DNA from: Ptychomitrium polyphyllum
Taxonomy: Eukaryota
NCBI GenBank assembly: GCA_973851085.1
Contig: OZ316776.1
Location: 2,728,001-2,792,000 of the forward strand
Direction of reading: 5' to 3'
DNA: 64,000 nucleotides
This document shows, in pieces, positions 1 to 12,996 of the stretch (positions are counted from its first letter, which is position 1; each line of letters opens with the position of its first letter). The position numbers were made by a program, and so were the translations under genes. The notes under the pieces were generated by a model, which worked only from the letters and a program-made list of their open reading frames with translations, was not told the DNA's origin and ran no database searches.

Positions 1-719
1 CCTTTCAAAATTTAAAATTTAAAATTTGTTAATTTTATAGTTGCTTAATAATTGACCATTCTTTTTATGGAATCTTATTTTTTATATTAGTCATATTTAA
101 TTCTAAATATAGCATTTAACATTCAACTAGTTTATATTCATTTATTCTAGATTTAAAGCAATAAAAACCAATTCCTAAGGATTTTTTTCCAATTTTAGAC
201 AACCAACTTTTTAAAATTCATGTTCACCACAATTGAAATACATGGTTGAAAATTGAAAGTAAAAAATCAAAAGCTTTCATTTATTGCCTTTGATTTTTTT
301 GTTGACTTGGAATTGTTAATCTAGAATGCCATGAATGTTTTTTCCTCAATCAATTTATTCTTTATTTATTAGGATTTTCAAAGACAAATTTCAAAGTTGG
401 AATTATTTTAAGTTTCTATGCTTTACTTCATGTAATTCAAAGATTGTTCTATTTGCCGTAATTTAGAATTTCCTACATGTTCCAGTTCATAGTCTCAATA
501 ATTTGAAATATTGCACCTTTCAAGTATTAAAAACTTTCTTTTTACACTAAAGAGAAATTGCAATTGGCAATGCAAATTTGATAAAATTTATATAAAAGGA
601 TAGAATCTCTTTATAGATCTACAAACTTAGTTGATTATCTTTGAAAACCTCTTTAGATCCCACTCGCTTCTATAAATTTGAGCCATATAATTGATAATAA
701 ATGTTGCTACAAAATATTA

Positions 720-1127
720 AAACACAAGAAACAAGAAGTTTACACAAAGTGGTTTCTAAGAATTAGCTTCTAAATAACTAATGATTAACAAGAATTGATA
801 CAAAGACTAGAACAAGGGCATAATACAATATAATCCACAACTTGTATTGGCAAGACTAAGATATATCTTATTTTGCCTCTTATTTATACTATGATGCTTG
901 TATTTCTTAAGATGTTTCTAGATATGCTTCATATAAGCTTAAGAATGTTTTAGAAGTCTATGGAACCTTTTAAAGAGGTTTTTCAAGGAATAAGACCTTT
1001 CTAAAAAAAATTTCAAGTAAGTAGAATGGTTATGAAAGTATTGAAAGTATTTTAAGAAGCTACTACGATGTATTAAAAGGTTCTAAAAGATTCTGAAGGC
1101 TGTATTGCATGATTTGTATCTGTCACA
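720..1127 (-). mobile_element. Degenerate LTR-like copy A (solo LTR or fragment)
   Basis: The reverse complement starts TGTGACAGATACAAATCATGC, aligning to TGTCACGGATATAGATCATGC at 2728. Shared blocks include AAGGTTCCATAGACTTCTA, TAGTATAAATA and TTAGTCTTGCCAATACAAGTTGT. It has a TG start and a TATA box, as expected of an LTR. Confidence 0.7.
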
Positions 1128-2727
1128 TAAAATGTGTACATATTGATGTAAAGCTTCACAATAACTTCTTGTCTACTACTACAAAAATTTTAAATCTCAC
1201 AAATCTTTAATTGCTTGCATGTGGCAATATATAATTTTAATGTTGATCTTTTAATGCCTATATGTAAGCAAACCTACTACCACAATTTTAATATTAAATT
1301 GCTCTTGGATATAATACTTTTGTTTTGGATTCATTAAAATTTTGCTTCTTCAACCTAGAAGTAGCTAATGGTAATAATACAAATCTTTGTACTGATAGTG
1401 GCAAGTGCATTAATATTGTAATTTTTACAATAAGGTTTTCTTTTTAGAATATGATAGAATAGTGGTAATTTCTACATTTTTGCCAATTAACTTTGGCCTT
1501 ATGCCACTTATAATAGCATTTCAAATATCTATCGCAATCTAGAAGTCAAATTGTCTTATTCATGATTTTCCATGATAAATTATAAAATTAATAATAAAGT
1601 CCATATGTGAAAAAAACTAGCATATATAATCAACTCTTAATTCCTTATTAGAAGACCTTTTAAATTTTAACCTTTACATATATTATTTTTTCTTTACAAA
1701 TTTATTTGATATAGACTTAAATTACTTTTAGAAACTGCAAGTAGCAAGAAATAAGAGCTTTGGAATCAATATACGTTCTTAAATATAGAAGATTTGATGA
1801 TAAATTTTCACCTTAAAATAAGTGATTTTTTACAATATACATCAGCCTCTTTAATACATCATTGTTTAATGTCATATAAATTATTATCTATTCCATCACT
1901 TCTACTTACAAATTCAATATGAATAAGCCACAATTCAATGTTTTGAACACTGTCTTTTAAAAACTCTTCTATTCACATTTTAAAATAAGCACAATTTTTT
2001 ATTTAAAGGATTAGAAATAATGAGCATCATTTAATAACACCACTTTCTCATATTGCTTCTTAAACTACACACCTCTTTGCAAAATTCAAGAAATTGGTCA
2101 TTAAATTTGCAAGCTTTCAATGATATAATATGCTCATTAGAAATGATCTTATAAGTTCCAACAAAAATATATTTTATAGTTTTTGACATTGCCATTGGAT
2201 TAAGCTAAGGTTTTTGCAATATTTAGTAGAGCCTACAATGAATATCTTCAACTAATTTCAAAACAACCAAAGATGTGATGCATAATTTATGCTTATTAAA
2301 AGTTTTCAAGAACATAACAAATGTTGCATTGAGGTTAATTGAAGGCCCAATTTATAGATTGGAATTTTATCAATAATATAAATCATGCTTTGTAGACTTG
2401 TACTTTGGACTTTATATTATAAATAATTAAAGCTATAAATTGTATATGTTAATGGCTTCTATTTTGTTCTTTTAAATAAAACAATTATAAAGTGCTCTTA
2501 AGTTTAGCAACTATAATTTGCTATATTTATCTCAATTCTTTCCATTAGGTTTTATGTTTTTGTATTATAATTCAATATAGTTCATATATCATAATTGAAA
2601 TTTTCAATGTTGGAAATCAAAATCCTAAAGTATCATGCCAAATTAGGTAAGTAATCATTCCCATTTCCTTGAAGCATATATTATTATATGCTTTTTGATC
2701 AATAGTTTTTTAATTGTCCTCAATGCC

Positions 2728-3251
2728 TGTCACGGATATAGATCATGCAACATAGTCTTTAGAACCTTTTAGAACCTTCTAATACATCATGGTATATTTT
2801 TAAAATACCTTCAATGCTTCTATGACTGTTTCCACATCCTTGGGAAACTTCCTGAAAAGATTCCACCACCTTAGAAAACTTCCTAGGAATGTTGTATTTA
2901 TTTAGAAAACTTTCTAAGAATATTCTAGTACCTTAGAAAACTTTTAGGGAAGTTTCAATTCCTTGGAAGCTTCTTAGGAAGGTTCCACAGAAGTATCCAC
3001 AAAATTTCTAAAGAAGGTTCCATAGACTTCTAGAACATTCTTAAGCTTTGTACGAAGCTTCTTTAGAAGTATCCTAGGATACAAACGTTATAGTATAAAT
3101 AGGAGGCATATTTTAGTCTTGCCAATACAAGTTGTAGATCATATTGTATCCTACCTTGCTTTAATCTTTATATCAATTCTTGTTATTTATTAGCTCTTTG
3201 GAAGTGAATTCTTAGGAAACATTTCATTTTTGCTTCTTATTTCTTGTATTC
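2728..3251 (+). mobile_element. Degenerate LTR-like copy B with internal ~30-nt subrepeats
   Basis: TG start; about five ~30-nt units of the type CCTTRGAAAACTTCCTAGGAA at ~2838-2990; TATAAATA at 3094; homologous in inverted orientation to 720-1127. Confidence 0.7.
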
Positions 3252-4304
3252 CTAGCAGTGCCTTTAAAAATTAAAATCAAGATATAAAAAATCAAATGTG
3301 AAATAATACCATCATATTGTATTTGACAAATGAATCATATAACATGCCACATGATATACTATGATAAACTAAGGAAGTTTCACAAATCTCTCTATATGAC
3401 AAATCCATATTTTCCTTTTCAATTTGTAGATTTTCAAACATTAGCATTAAACCATTCATTATATCATATCACTTTTGTCTATTTTCATATAAATCCTAAA
3501 GCAAAACTTGACAAATGTTCTAAAACTAAAAATTGATCCATTCTTGCCACTTCCTTAGCTTTCTTTTCATATAGCAACCACTTACTTATATGAACTAATA
3601 GGAGATGTCTATTTCCAATAATTTCCTCTTATTTGGTATTATTTGGTAAGGTCTTTAGCTCCTCTGTCCTTTAGTAGCGTAACTGTAAGTCCTAAGTTAC
3701 TCAACATGCATACAACTTCACCTCGACATGTCTTTCAACGTCACTTTGCAACAATTCTTCAGAAAAAAACCACCGCCAAATCTGTGAGACGCATACACGT
3801 GACACTGATACATTTGCCGCTTTACTGCGGCAACGTAGACGAAGCCTTATGCATCGCCAATCTCGCTACACTTGAATCTAATTGGAGGCCAATCTGCCGG
3901 CAGCTGAAACACAAAAAAAGAACCGCAGCGTGCCCACCCAGCACAGCCAGCGCATGAATCCACTCAGCCAGGTACCAACCGTTAAAATGCAGATAACGGA
4001 AGCGCAGTCGCAAGAGGACAACTTCATCGGACGGACATTCATCTGAAACATACGTCCCATTCAGTTTCATCTCATATCCATCCGCCAAGAGTTCATCCGA
4101 TCTGCATTCATTTAGTATTCCTTCATCCAAAATGCTCACGATTATTGAAATTTCATCCAATGAACGTTCATCTATATGCGTTCACCATACGTATTAGCAT
4201 CCAAATTTCGTAAAAATTGCAGGGTATCATCCATGATACATTCATCCAAGGGGAGAGCAGGGGTGAGCGCTGGAACCCTAATTGTGAGTTTCAGACCTCG
4301 GGGA

Positions 4305-4387
4305 GGGGAATGGTGAGGGGATGGCGAGGGGATGGTGAGGGGATGGCGAGGGGATGGTGAGGGGATGGCGAGGGGATGGTGAGGGGG
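4305..4387 (+). repeat. 11-nt tandem repeat GGGGATGGYGA, about 7 units, upstream of PCID2
   Basis: Six exact units at 4317-4382 alternating GGGGATGGCGA and GGGGATGGTGA, preceded by a variant unit GGGGAATGGTGA. Confidence 0.95.
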
Positions 4388-4499
4388 AGCGATGGAGGAC
4401 GGGCATGGAAGGATGGGGGTCTGTACTGCTGAGGACCGGCAGGCTGTTGCGGCGCTGTGAAGGGAGGTGCCAGTGCGGAGTTCGTGTTGTGAAGCAGCC

Positions 4500-7400
4500 A
4501 TGGCGTACGGGAGTTACGACGGGAGTCGGAGGCTGAGCGACTACGTCACTTCCGTTGCGGATGCTTTGTCCGCGCAGAATGGCGCCCTACTCGCGGCATT
4601 GCTGTCGGTGTCGCGAGGCACGTATTGCAATGCTGTCGCCGCTGGGCTTGATCAGAACAAGGTGACTTCTCCATCTGAAACGGATCGTTTGGTTTGGTTT
4701 AAGTTTTCGGTATTGATTTTGGTGATGTGAGAACGTGTGAAGGTGGATTTCTGGTACTTAGAAGATCAAAGGCTGGTTCGTGAGGCAATCCGTGCTATGG
4801 TTGAAGGTGGCTGAAGCTGCTGATACAATGATGATGTGTATTTTCAGTGCCAGGCAGGGTGCTATCGTTTCTGCTGAGTGAAATCTTGATTATCAGTGGC
4901 TAGGACATTTAGGTCTTGCTTCAGGGTTTGGGCTCTGCGGTTCTATTGGTGGTTTTCAGTACCTTGTTTTCGTAGAGATCGGAGATTCTGTTTTTCCATA
5001 TTTTTCACATTTTTCTTGCAAGTGTATGTAGGGCCAGGATGTTAACAGGTTGGCGAGACAGCTGGAGAAGGCGGCTCCACTGGGAGATATGCTGGGGCAG
5101 CATATGCGGTGCATGCAGTGTTTTGTCAGTCGACGTTTTGTTGATTCCTACAACGCTTTGGAGAAGTCTGCTAAGTACGTGCGTGAGATTCTTAGCTGAC
5201 AGTTGATTTGGTTTTGGGATTCTGATTCCGATGTTCATCTTTACTTGACTTCGTGTTGACTATCCTTTAGTGTTGGTTGAAGATGTGGTTGTTCATCCTT
5301 TAATATTGGCCGATCACAGTGCTTTCCTTCAGGAATTTCGTAATTGGGAGTCAGCTTGGGCTATGAATGCTCTTCACAGCATTGCTTACGAGCTGCGGAC
5401 TATTGCTGAGATGGTGAATATTTCTCCAAGCTGGAATACAAGAATCCCTTGAACCAGTCAAAATAGGATGATACAGACCATTTCTGTGTGTTCCTTATTA
5501 GCTCTGCGGCTACCAATATTCTGATGTTCCCGTTGCCCTTCTTTCACGACATTTATCTGTGTTTGATCAGAGCGTTGGGAGTAAAACTCGCTATTCATTG
5601 CTTTTCAGGCCGACAAGGAGATGGCAGCCGATGGGAAAATACCAGACAAACTGAAAGGAGCTGGGTCGTTCTTGATGAAAGTCTTTGGAGCACTTGCGGT
5701 ATGTTATTAGATTTAGGGATATGGTCGCACTGAATTTTTCAAAATTTCCATATTCGTCTGTTGCTGAAAGTTGGATGTCACTTTATTTGTCCTTTATACC
5801 TTGGTAGATATCATTTACTTGTCAATTGCTGGCCAAGTTGTGCTGTTGTTTCTCAGTGCTGAAGATAGTATTGTTATTAATTGAGTTCTACCTCGTCTTT
5901 TTATTGCAGGGTAAGGGACCCAAAAGGGTAGGTGCCTTGTATGTGACTTGTCAACTGTTTAAAATATACTTCAAGGTACAATTAATTCTTCAAATACGTA
6001 TGTATATCATTTACCAAAACTATTGCAACGTAGATTCTCGTTGATTGTTTTGTGTAGTGCTGTGGTATATTAAAAGAGAAGATACAATTGTTAGTTTAGC
6101 CTGGAGGTTTTACCTTTTTTAGCCGAATATGCCAAGGATTCATATGTTTGCCTTTCAAAAGATAACCTAGGTTTTGTTTTCTCCTGTCGATGCAGCTGGG
6201 AACAGTGCACTTGTGCAGAAGTGTCATTCGGAGCATAGAGACTGCGCGTGTTTTTGACTTCGAGGAATTTCCTGTTCGAGATCGGGTGAGGCTGCTATAT
6301 TCTAAGCATTCCAGGGCTGATTCGAGAGTATTGAAGAAGTGGATAGAGTCTTAAAAGAACCTTTTTGATGTTTTGGTCTAAATGTTTTCTCTTTGCAAAC
6401 GAGTTAAAAAGATACTTTGCCTTGGGCTAGTTAAGATTTTTTTCCATCTGTTAGTCCTTTAAATCACCTTTACATTACTGCTTTGAAATGTGATTTACAT
6501 TACTGCTCTGAATGGTGTTTCTACGTTTGCAGGTAACTTACATGTACTATACTGGGCGGTTGGAAGTCTTCAATGACCAATTTGTGCTTGTAAAGTCCTC
6601 TCCTCCTGACTTTCCGCTTCGGTAATCTTTATTAATTTGCAGCTTGCATTTTTGCCAACACTTGGACCTAGAGAATTACGACCATTCTTGTGAAATTTTT
6701 ACACTTTTCAACCATGTCGTTTTACTTTAGAGCCAGCTTTTTTGACGATTACCGTCTTGAGTGCAGGCTGACCAAAAACTTGTGTATGCTCTGGTGAATT
6801 GCGACCCTTTGAAGAGGAACAATATCAGGTGAGATAGAGTAAATAATCCGTTGAATAAGTTCCCGTAATGTATTGTGACGCTGCATAGACATATGACATC
6901 AATCGTCAGTAAAGCCAGTTTTGATTAGAGGGAATCAGTGGGCAGTTAATCAGCGACAGTCTGTATATGTTATCTCTGTAGGAGTGAACGGAAGGTTTTG
7001 ATGTCCTTCGAGATTTCTGTTTGGCAGAGAGCGTGATGATGATTGTTTTCTAATTGCAGGATTGTGCTGAAGTACTTGATTCCTGTGAAGCTCTCGTTAG
7101 GTGTAATGCCCTCCAAGTTGTTGCTGGAGGAGTATAAATTACTAGAGGTATTCAAGCGACTGACTTGTCATTGTTAATCCTCCTTTGAGCAGCACTTAGA
7201 GTGCCATCTACGTCAGGGGAGTTCGTTTACATAAGTTGCTCCATAGGATTTTCTTATCTTCGTTTCTGATACGAGCTTTTATGTCTGCCTTAAAATCAGT
7301 ACAAGGAAGTTATTCAAGCACTTCGTACTGGGGATGTAAGGTTGCTGAGGCAAGCTCTCCAAACGAATGAAGATCAGTACGTTCTTTTGGGCCTTAGAAC

Positions 7401-8222
7401 ACTTTATAAGAAATGATTATTTTTGGTTCACATTGCTTGTCTCCTTTTTAGTAAGAAGAACATTTAACAGATGCTCTACTGACGCAAAGTTTTGTTGAGG
7501 TTTAGCTCTATGCTAAGGCATTATTATATGGTTTTTATGTTACTGGCTGCAATTTCTTCCCTGACTTTAGCAAGTTTATTTTGAAGGTTTCTGCGGTCCG
7601 GAGTATATCTTGTGCTGGAGAAACTTGAACTCCAATGTTACCAAAGACTGATGAGAAAGATGTAAGTTGTTGATTCATCCGTTACGTGCAATGAGTGTCA
7701 GAGATCGCGTGACTGATCTCTTTGTCTCTGGACTTTGAATTTTGCTTGTGTCTTAAGGTCTTAATGTCTTAAGCTCCATTCTCGCAGACATAATATACAA
7801 AAGCAGAAGGATCCAGGAAGGGCGCACCAAGTGAAATTGGAGTCCGTAATGAAAGCACTTAAGTGGCTTAACATTGAGATGGATGCCGATGAGGTATGAC
7901 TGACATCCATACCAGATTATTTAGACAATCTTTTTGATTGGCTCGTCAATTATTTGTTAGCTCAATATGAATTTTGTTGCATTTATATAATTCACATATT
8001 TCCTCTTGTTGTGGGGAGATGGAGACATTTGGGTATATTGCCCACATAAAACTCGTACTTTGAACTGACCAAACTGCCTGTTCCCCTCAGGTTGAGTGCA
8101 TAATGGCAATCCTCATTTATCGGAATTACATCAAGGGATATTTTTCACACAAGAGCAAGGTGGTTGTCCTCAGCAAGCAGGATCCGTTTCCATCACTCAC
8201 CATAAGGGTCAATCCGATGTGA
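4500..8222 (+). CDS. EER5: PCI-domain protein PCID2/THP1 (EER5-like), TREX-2 mRNA export complex subunit; 13 exons
   Basis: GT-AG exons join in frame and give AFLQEFRNWESAWAM, KGPKRVGALYVTCQLFKIYFKLGTVHLCRSVIRSIE, VTYMYYTGRLEVFN, FLRSGVYLVLEKLELQ and VECIMAILIYRNYIKGYFSHKSKVVVLSKQDPFP. ATG at 4500, TGA at 8220-8222. Confidence 0.93.
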
Positions 8223-9547
8223 CTTTCTCATTAAATTTTTTATGCTGAAAGGAGTCTTTGTAGCAAGATCAACTTCTCCAGGTTTTCTTAGAACATATTT
8301 GTAGTGGAAGTTACTTGTTACAAGTAGACCACTCTTTTCACAAGAGTTACCACATCTTCAAATGAAGAATTCCTTTTGTACACTAAAGCAAATTTCGGGG
8401 GTCATATTTGCTAAGGTGCAAATCCCTGAAGTGAGGTTCAGAGCTCACTTTAACAAAGTACAGCACCCTGAACAGGGTCAATGGCAGACGGAAAAGCTTC
8501 GACCTTGTCGGCTGCATTCCGGTTAGTTCAGATCATCGCGCATTTGTAATAGAACTGATTCTCATTTGTAGGTTTTCCTTACAAAGTCCAGTTGCATTAG
8601 CCTTACCACTAACTAACATCATATTCTTGTAGTATCGCTGCTAAAAACTTTCTGCATAAACTACGAGACAACGGTACACTATGTATTTACCACAGGACCA
8701 TCTGGGAAGAGGGTATAGAAGAGTACGGAAATGTGCTTCAAATAAAAAACACGGTTTCTTCGTTCACTTCAACTGCGGGAAGAATACCGGTTGCTGAAGC
8801 TCCTTACCAACATAATTTCGAAACCTATCCTTCTACTAACTAGTTCTTGATAACAGAAGGCCAACACCCGGTGTCATTTGAAAATTTTCATAACAGCCTC
8901 CAATTTTTGCAGTACATGGAGAATTCCACTTCGCGCTGTACCGCGAAGAATGCGCTTTCACTTGCTAAAAAAGTCCGGTGACTTTGTATTGCAAAGAAAT
9001 ATAAAAAATATGCGGAGTAGGGTCTTCCTCGTGTGAACGTAAGACCGACGAGAAACAAGCTCCACTTGAACATCTCGCAGTCTCGTCGTCAGGATTGGAA
9101 GGATCACACCGTCGAGAATCGAGATGCACGCAACAGGGTCGCAGATTCTAAAAGTCGGGATTGTAATCTCGGATTCGCTTTCCTCTTTACACTGAGACTC
9201 TAGCGCATGCTTGAATGTGCTTGCGAGTTGCCAAGTGAGGTTAGAATCACTCATGTTGCGAGAAAAAAGCTTATCTTGAGGTTGCAAGAGGAGACGACGT
9301 GGAGAACTGAAACCCGACGCGCGCACTTAACCCTGACGCGCAGCTTCGCAGTTCAGAATGCGCACGTTCGCCCGAAGTTGCGACAATTTGGTTGGACTTT
9401 GTTGTAAGTATCGTAATCTAAGTAACAGAGGACGAGGTGGAAATCATGCGTAGTTGAGAGTTTTTTGAGTGATTTGGGAGTTGAGTTGCTGGTTTGGATT
9501 GCAGGTGGGATTGAGGGGAGAGTGCCAGAGTTTGCTTGCCTTCTTCC

Positions 9548-12500
9548 ATGCTATCACAGAGAAGTATTCAGCTGTGGGAGGGGTGTTCGTCGCGAGCTGT
9601 TCTGTTTCGAGAGAGTCATGTAGATAACAAGCGAGGTTCTTCTTCCGGGAGGCTTCGAGAATGGAGGGCGTTGTGTGTACAGAGACGGAGGAGGGTTAGG
9701 GTGAGCGCAGGGCGGAAGAGTGGTCGTGCTGTCTCGGTTTTTGTGTGTTCGCAGGGGATTCAAGCCGCGCCTGTGGAACCGCAATCTAGTCAGGAGAAGA
9801 ATTCGCAGGGTTTTGTGCGGGCGACTAATGTGGGTGCGAGTCAGTTGCGGTTAGATGGCGATGATGTCAGACTAGCGTCGCGAGATGCAACAAATGACGC
9901 TCACGAGGGTGGCGAGACTGCGAATGGTCTCAGTAGCGTCAATCGGCTGGCGAGGGTCTCGTTGCGACCCCCTGCGCTTCTCCCGGAAGGGACTACGCTT
10001 GATTCTGATGCTTCTAGCTCTACTACTTCGGAGGATAAAATAGCCCCAAACCCAGCTTCGCCTTCAGCTGCTCAGGATGTGGAATGCACAGGTGCGGAAG
10101 ATGTCGCTACGCTGCCGAGCCCGCAGGATAAAGGAAAGAAAGTTACAACTTCTTTTGAGAGGTTTACGAGGGCAAGAGCGGCGGGGAGAGAGCTAGTGCA
10201 GCGAAACAAAGCGGCGGCAAGTTTAGGGTCTGCGAATGAGGAAGGGGTTTATTATAAACCCAAGATAGGGGATCATGTCATGGGTGTTGTAGCGTCTGGA
10301 AATTTCAGAAAATTGGACGTCGACATCGGCGCTAAAGTATTGGGGCACTTGTTTCGGAAGGACGTGATGCCGCTTGATAATTGCAGCATTGGGGAGATGT
10401 CGTGGGCGTTTCCAGATACTAGTTCGGCTGACAGCAATGGTGCTGTTGATCCACCTCGTGGACGTCGTTTTGTCCCCGATGGTGAAGTGCTGAATTTGGC
10501 AATAGAAGCTCCTATGGCAGTGGCACTGGGCACGGTCTTGACCATGGAGGTGAAGGGGATGACTCCAAGTGGGAGACCGTTGCTTTCAGCGCGTTCTGTT
10601 GCTCGAGAATATGCCTGGCAGCGCGTCCGTCAGGTATCGTTTTGCCCCTTAAATCTCGTTTTGGTTTTGTGTGGACAATCGTGGTCCAGCATTCTTGTTG
10701 CTGTATTACATCAATGGTCGCAGAATGTGTTCGAAGTGAGACGATTCTGTGAGCTGAGGCCAGGAATCGTAATGCAGAGGACGGAGCCTGTAATATTATT
10801 GTGCTAATGTTTTTGTTTGTATTGCAGTTGAATGAGTATAATGCAATATTAGAGGTCGAGATTACCGAGTGGACAACTGCTGGACTTGTTACTAAAGTTG
10901 AGGTAAAAATTGTTTTCCCTTTGTTGGAGTGTGCTTCTTTGAAGTGCTTCATTTATGTATTCGTTTAACTCCGTATAGGGTATTTTGAAGTTATTGTTAT
11001 GATTAGACAATATTTCAAGTTAAAGTACGAAGATTCTGCACTTGGTAGTTTTACGCTGAATCAGAGACACTCGTTCGGCAATAGTATGCATCATATTCAT
11101 CCGCAGGAGTTGAGGTTGATGTAAATAGTTCTATGACCTACATAGTTTCTTTTTGATAGCTATCAAGCCTGTGAATGAAGCAGGCATTATTCTCGGTCTT
11201 TCTTGAACTCATGTAGTTTATAATCTGATCAGAAAATAACTTTTGCACTATATGGTTATGCAGGGTTTACGGGCTTTTCTACCAATTTATTACCTAGTTA
11301 ACCATGCCCAGGAACTATCAACATCAGGATCGGTTTCTTATAAAGAATATGTGAGTGAATTTTCGGCGATTTTGAATAGTTTCTAGCCATGATGGCTGGG
11401 TGCTGTTGGTTATGTGCTCATATTTTTGTCATTACAAAAACTTATGAGTAATTCACGTCATTGTGAGCAGATAGGACAGAAATTTACAGTGATGATCAGC
11501 AGTGTGGATGAGACGAGGAGCAATTTGGTTCTCAGTGAAAAGAAAGCTTGGGTAAGATGCAAAGCCTTGATTCTTGGGATTGAGATTTAGTTGCGTTGAA
11601 CTAGATAATTGGAACGTAATGTTGAACCAAGTTGTTCTATTTGAGTTCGTGGGATTCGTATAGTTATGTCTGTATCTAACTCGAAGGAATGGAATGTGCC
11701 TACTCTTTTAGTTCATTCCTGAAAGGGTTTTTATTATTATGATTAGTTTACCATGCTTCAATGAAGTATGGTCCGTGAGTATTTTTGTGTTGCCTTCTCG
11801 AGCAACCTGCAATCTGCTTCTAAATTTCTGATGTGGTTTATGAATTTTACACAGATGACCAAAAATGCGTATACTGGCGCTCTGGTAGATGGAATTGTCA
11901 CGGGAATTCAACCTTATGGGGTACACATTCGAATGAAGAATACTGAAATGAGGTGGTTACCTTTAAAACCATACCTCTGTTGACTGCATGTCGGTTCATC
12001 TGCCGTTATATTTTCTTGGACATATGTTGTTTTTTGAAAGTTCTAATTGCACACTGCTTTTTTATGCTAGTGGTTTGAGTGGTAAACCTCTAGAAAAGGC
12101 TTACTATGCTGGATAAACAATATCTTTGCTTCTGTTGGCAGTGGAGTGCTTCATATTAGCAACATATCACGGGCTCGGATTAACAATATTGCAAGTGTAT
12201 TTACTATTGGGGAGGAAGTTAAAGTGATGGTTGTTCCCTCAAGCAAAAACAGTAGGTTATCTTTCAGGTACTATTTTCTGTTCTTTCTTTGTGATTGCAA
12301 ACACATCCTTACATACTTTTCCATTTTGAGTATTTGTTGTGCTAACTCCAACTTTGTCTTAAGAAGAAAACACTAAGGAATGTGTTTGTTGATACAGTAC
12401 GGTTGAGCTGGAAAGTAAACATGGATTAATTCTTAGAGATAAAGAGGTATGTTGCCTTTCATTACTGCATATGTCCGATTTTTCTAGCATAGGAATGATT

Positions 12501-12843
12501 ATGATAATCCATGTTATTAATCAGAAGCTCTTGCGAACTCAAATTTGAATGACATTGTACAAGTCTCTTCATGTGATTGTGACAAAGCGACGTGCTGTTT
12601 CTCCACAAGTCCCAATGAATGCTTTTATTTAGAGTACTATTAATAAGGCCTCCTGATTTCGATGTGTTCCAGGCGGTATATAAAGACGCAGAGAAAATTG
12701 CTGCTGAAATTGCAAGAGTTCACAAGAAGCAGTCAGAATCTTCATTAGGCAACAATAAAAGTGTTGATCTAGTGGGACAAAATCCAGTTATTGCTAACTG
12801 GGACTGGTTAGATTTTGGCGAGGAGACCGAGTTAGATCTGTAA
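9548..12843 (+). CDS. PDE338: Plastid S1-domain RNA-binding protein (PDE338/RLSB-like); 8 exons
   Basis: Ser/Arg-rich transit-peptide-like N-terminus. S1 domains YYKPKIGDHVMGVVASGNFRKLDVDIGA, GRPLLSAR..AWQRVRQ, GLRAFLP, GIVTGIQPYG and GVLHISNISRARI. C-terminus VIANWDWLDF as in the PDE338/RLSB family. Confidence 0.82.
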
Positions 12844-12996
12844 ATTTCTTCCTAATTGGGATCATGTATTGACCTTTAAGGATTTCGGTTCCTCCTTGCA
12901 AATAGGAAGTTACCGTGGTTACTGACAGAGTTTGTGTTGCCAGACTGAAGTTGAATCTGACAGTGACCCAGCTATTCAGCTCATCTAGTGGGAAGT

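Noticed and set aside
2838..2990. Regularly spaced ~30-nt repeats as a CRISPR array
   Set aside because: The units are degenerate and contiguous with no unique spacers, lie inside an LTR-like sequence, and there are no cas genes in this eukaryotic context.
4172..4501. 109-aa minus-strand Pro/Ser-rich ORF
   Set aside because: It is a by-product of the G-rich tandem repeat and GC-rich leader, with no family motif.
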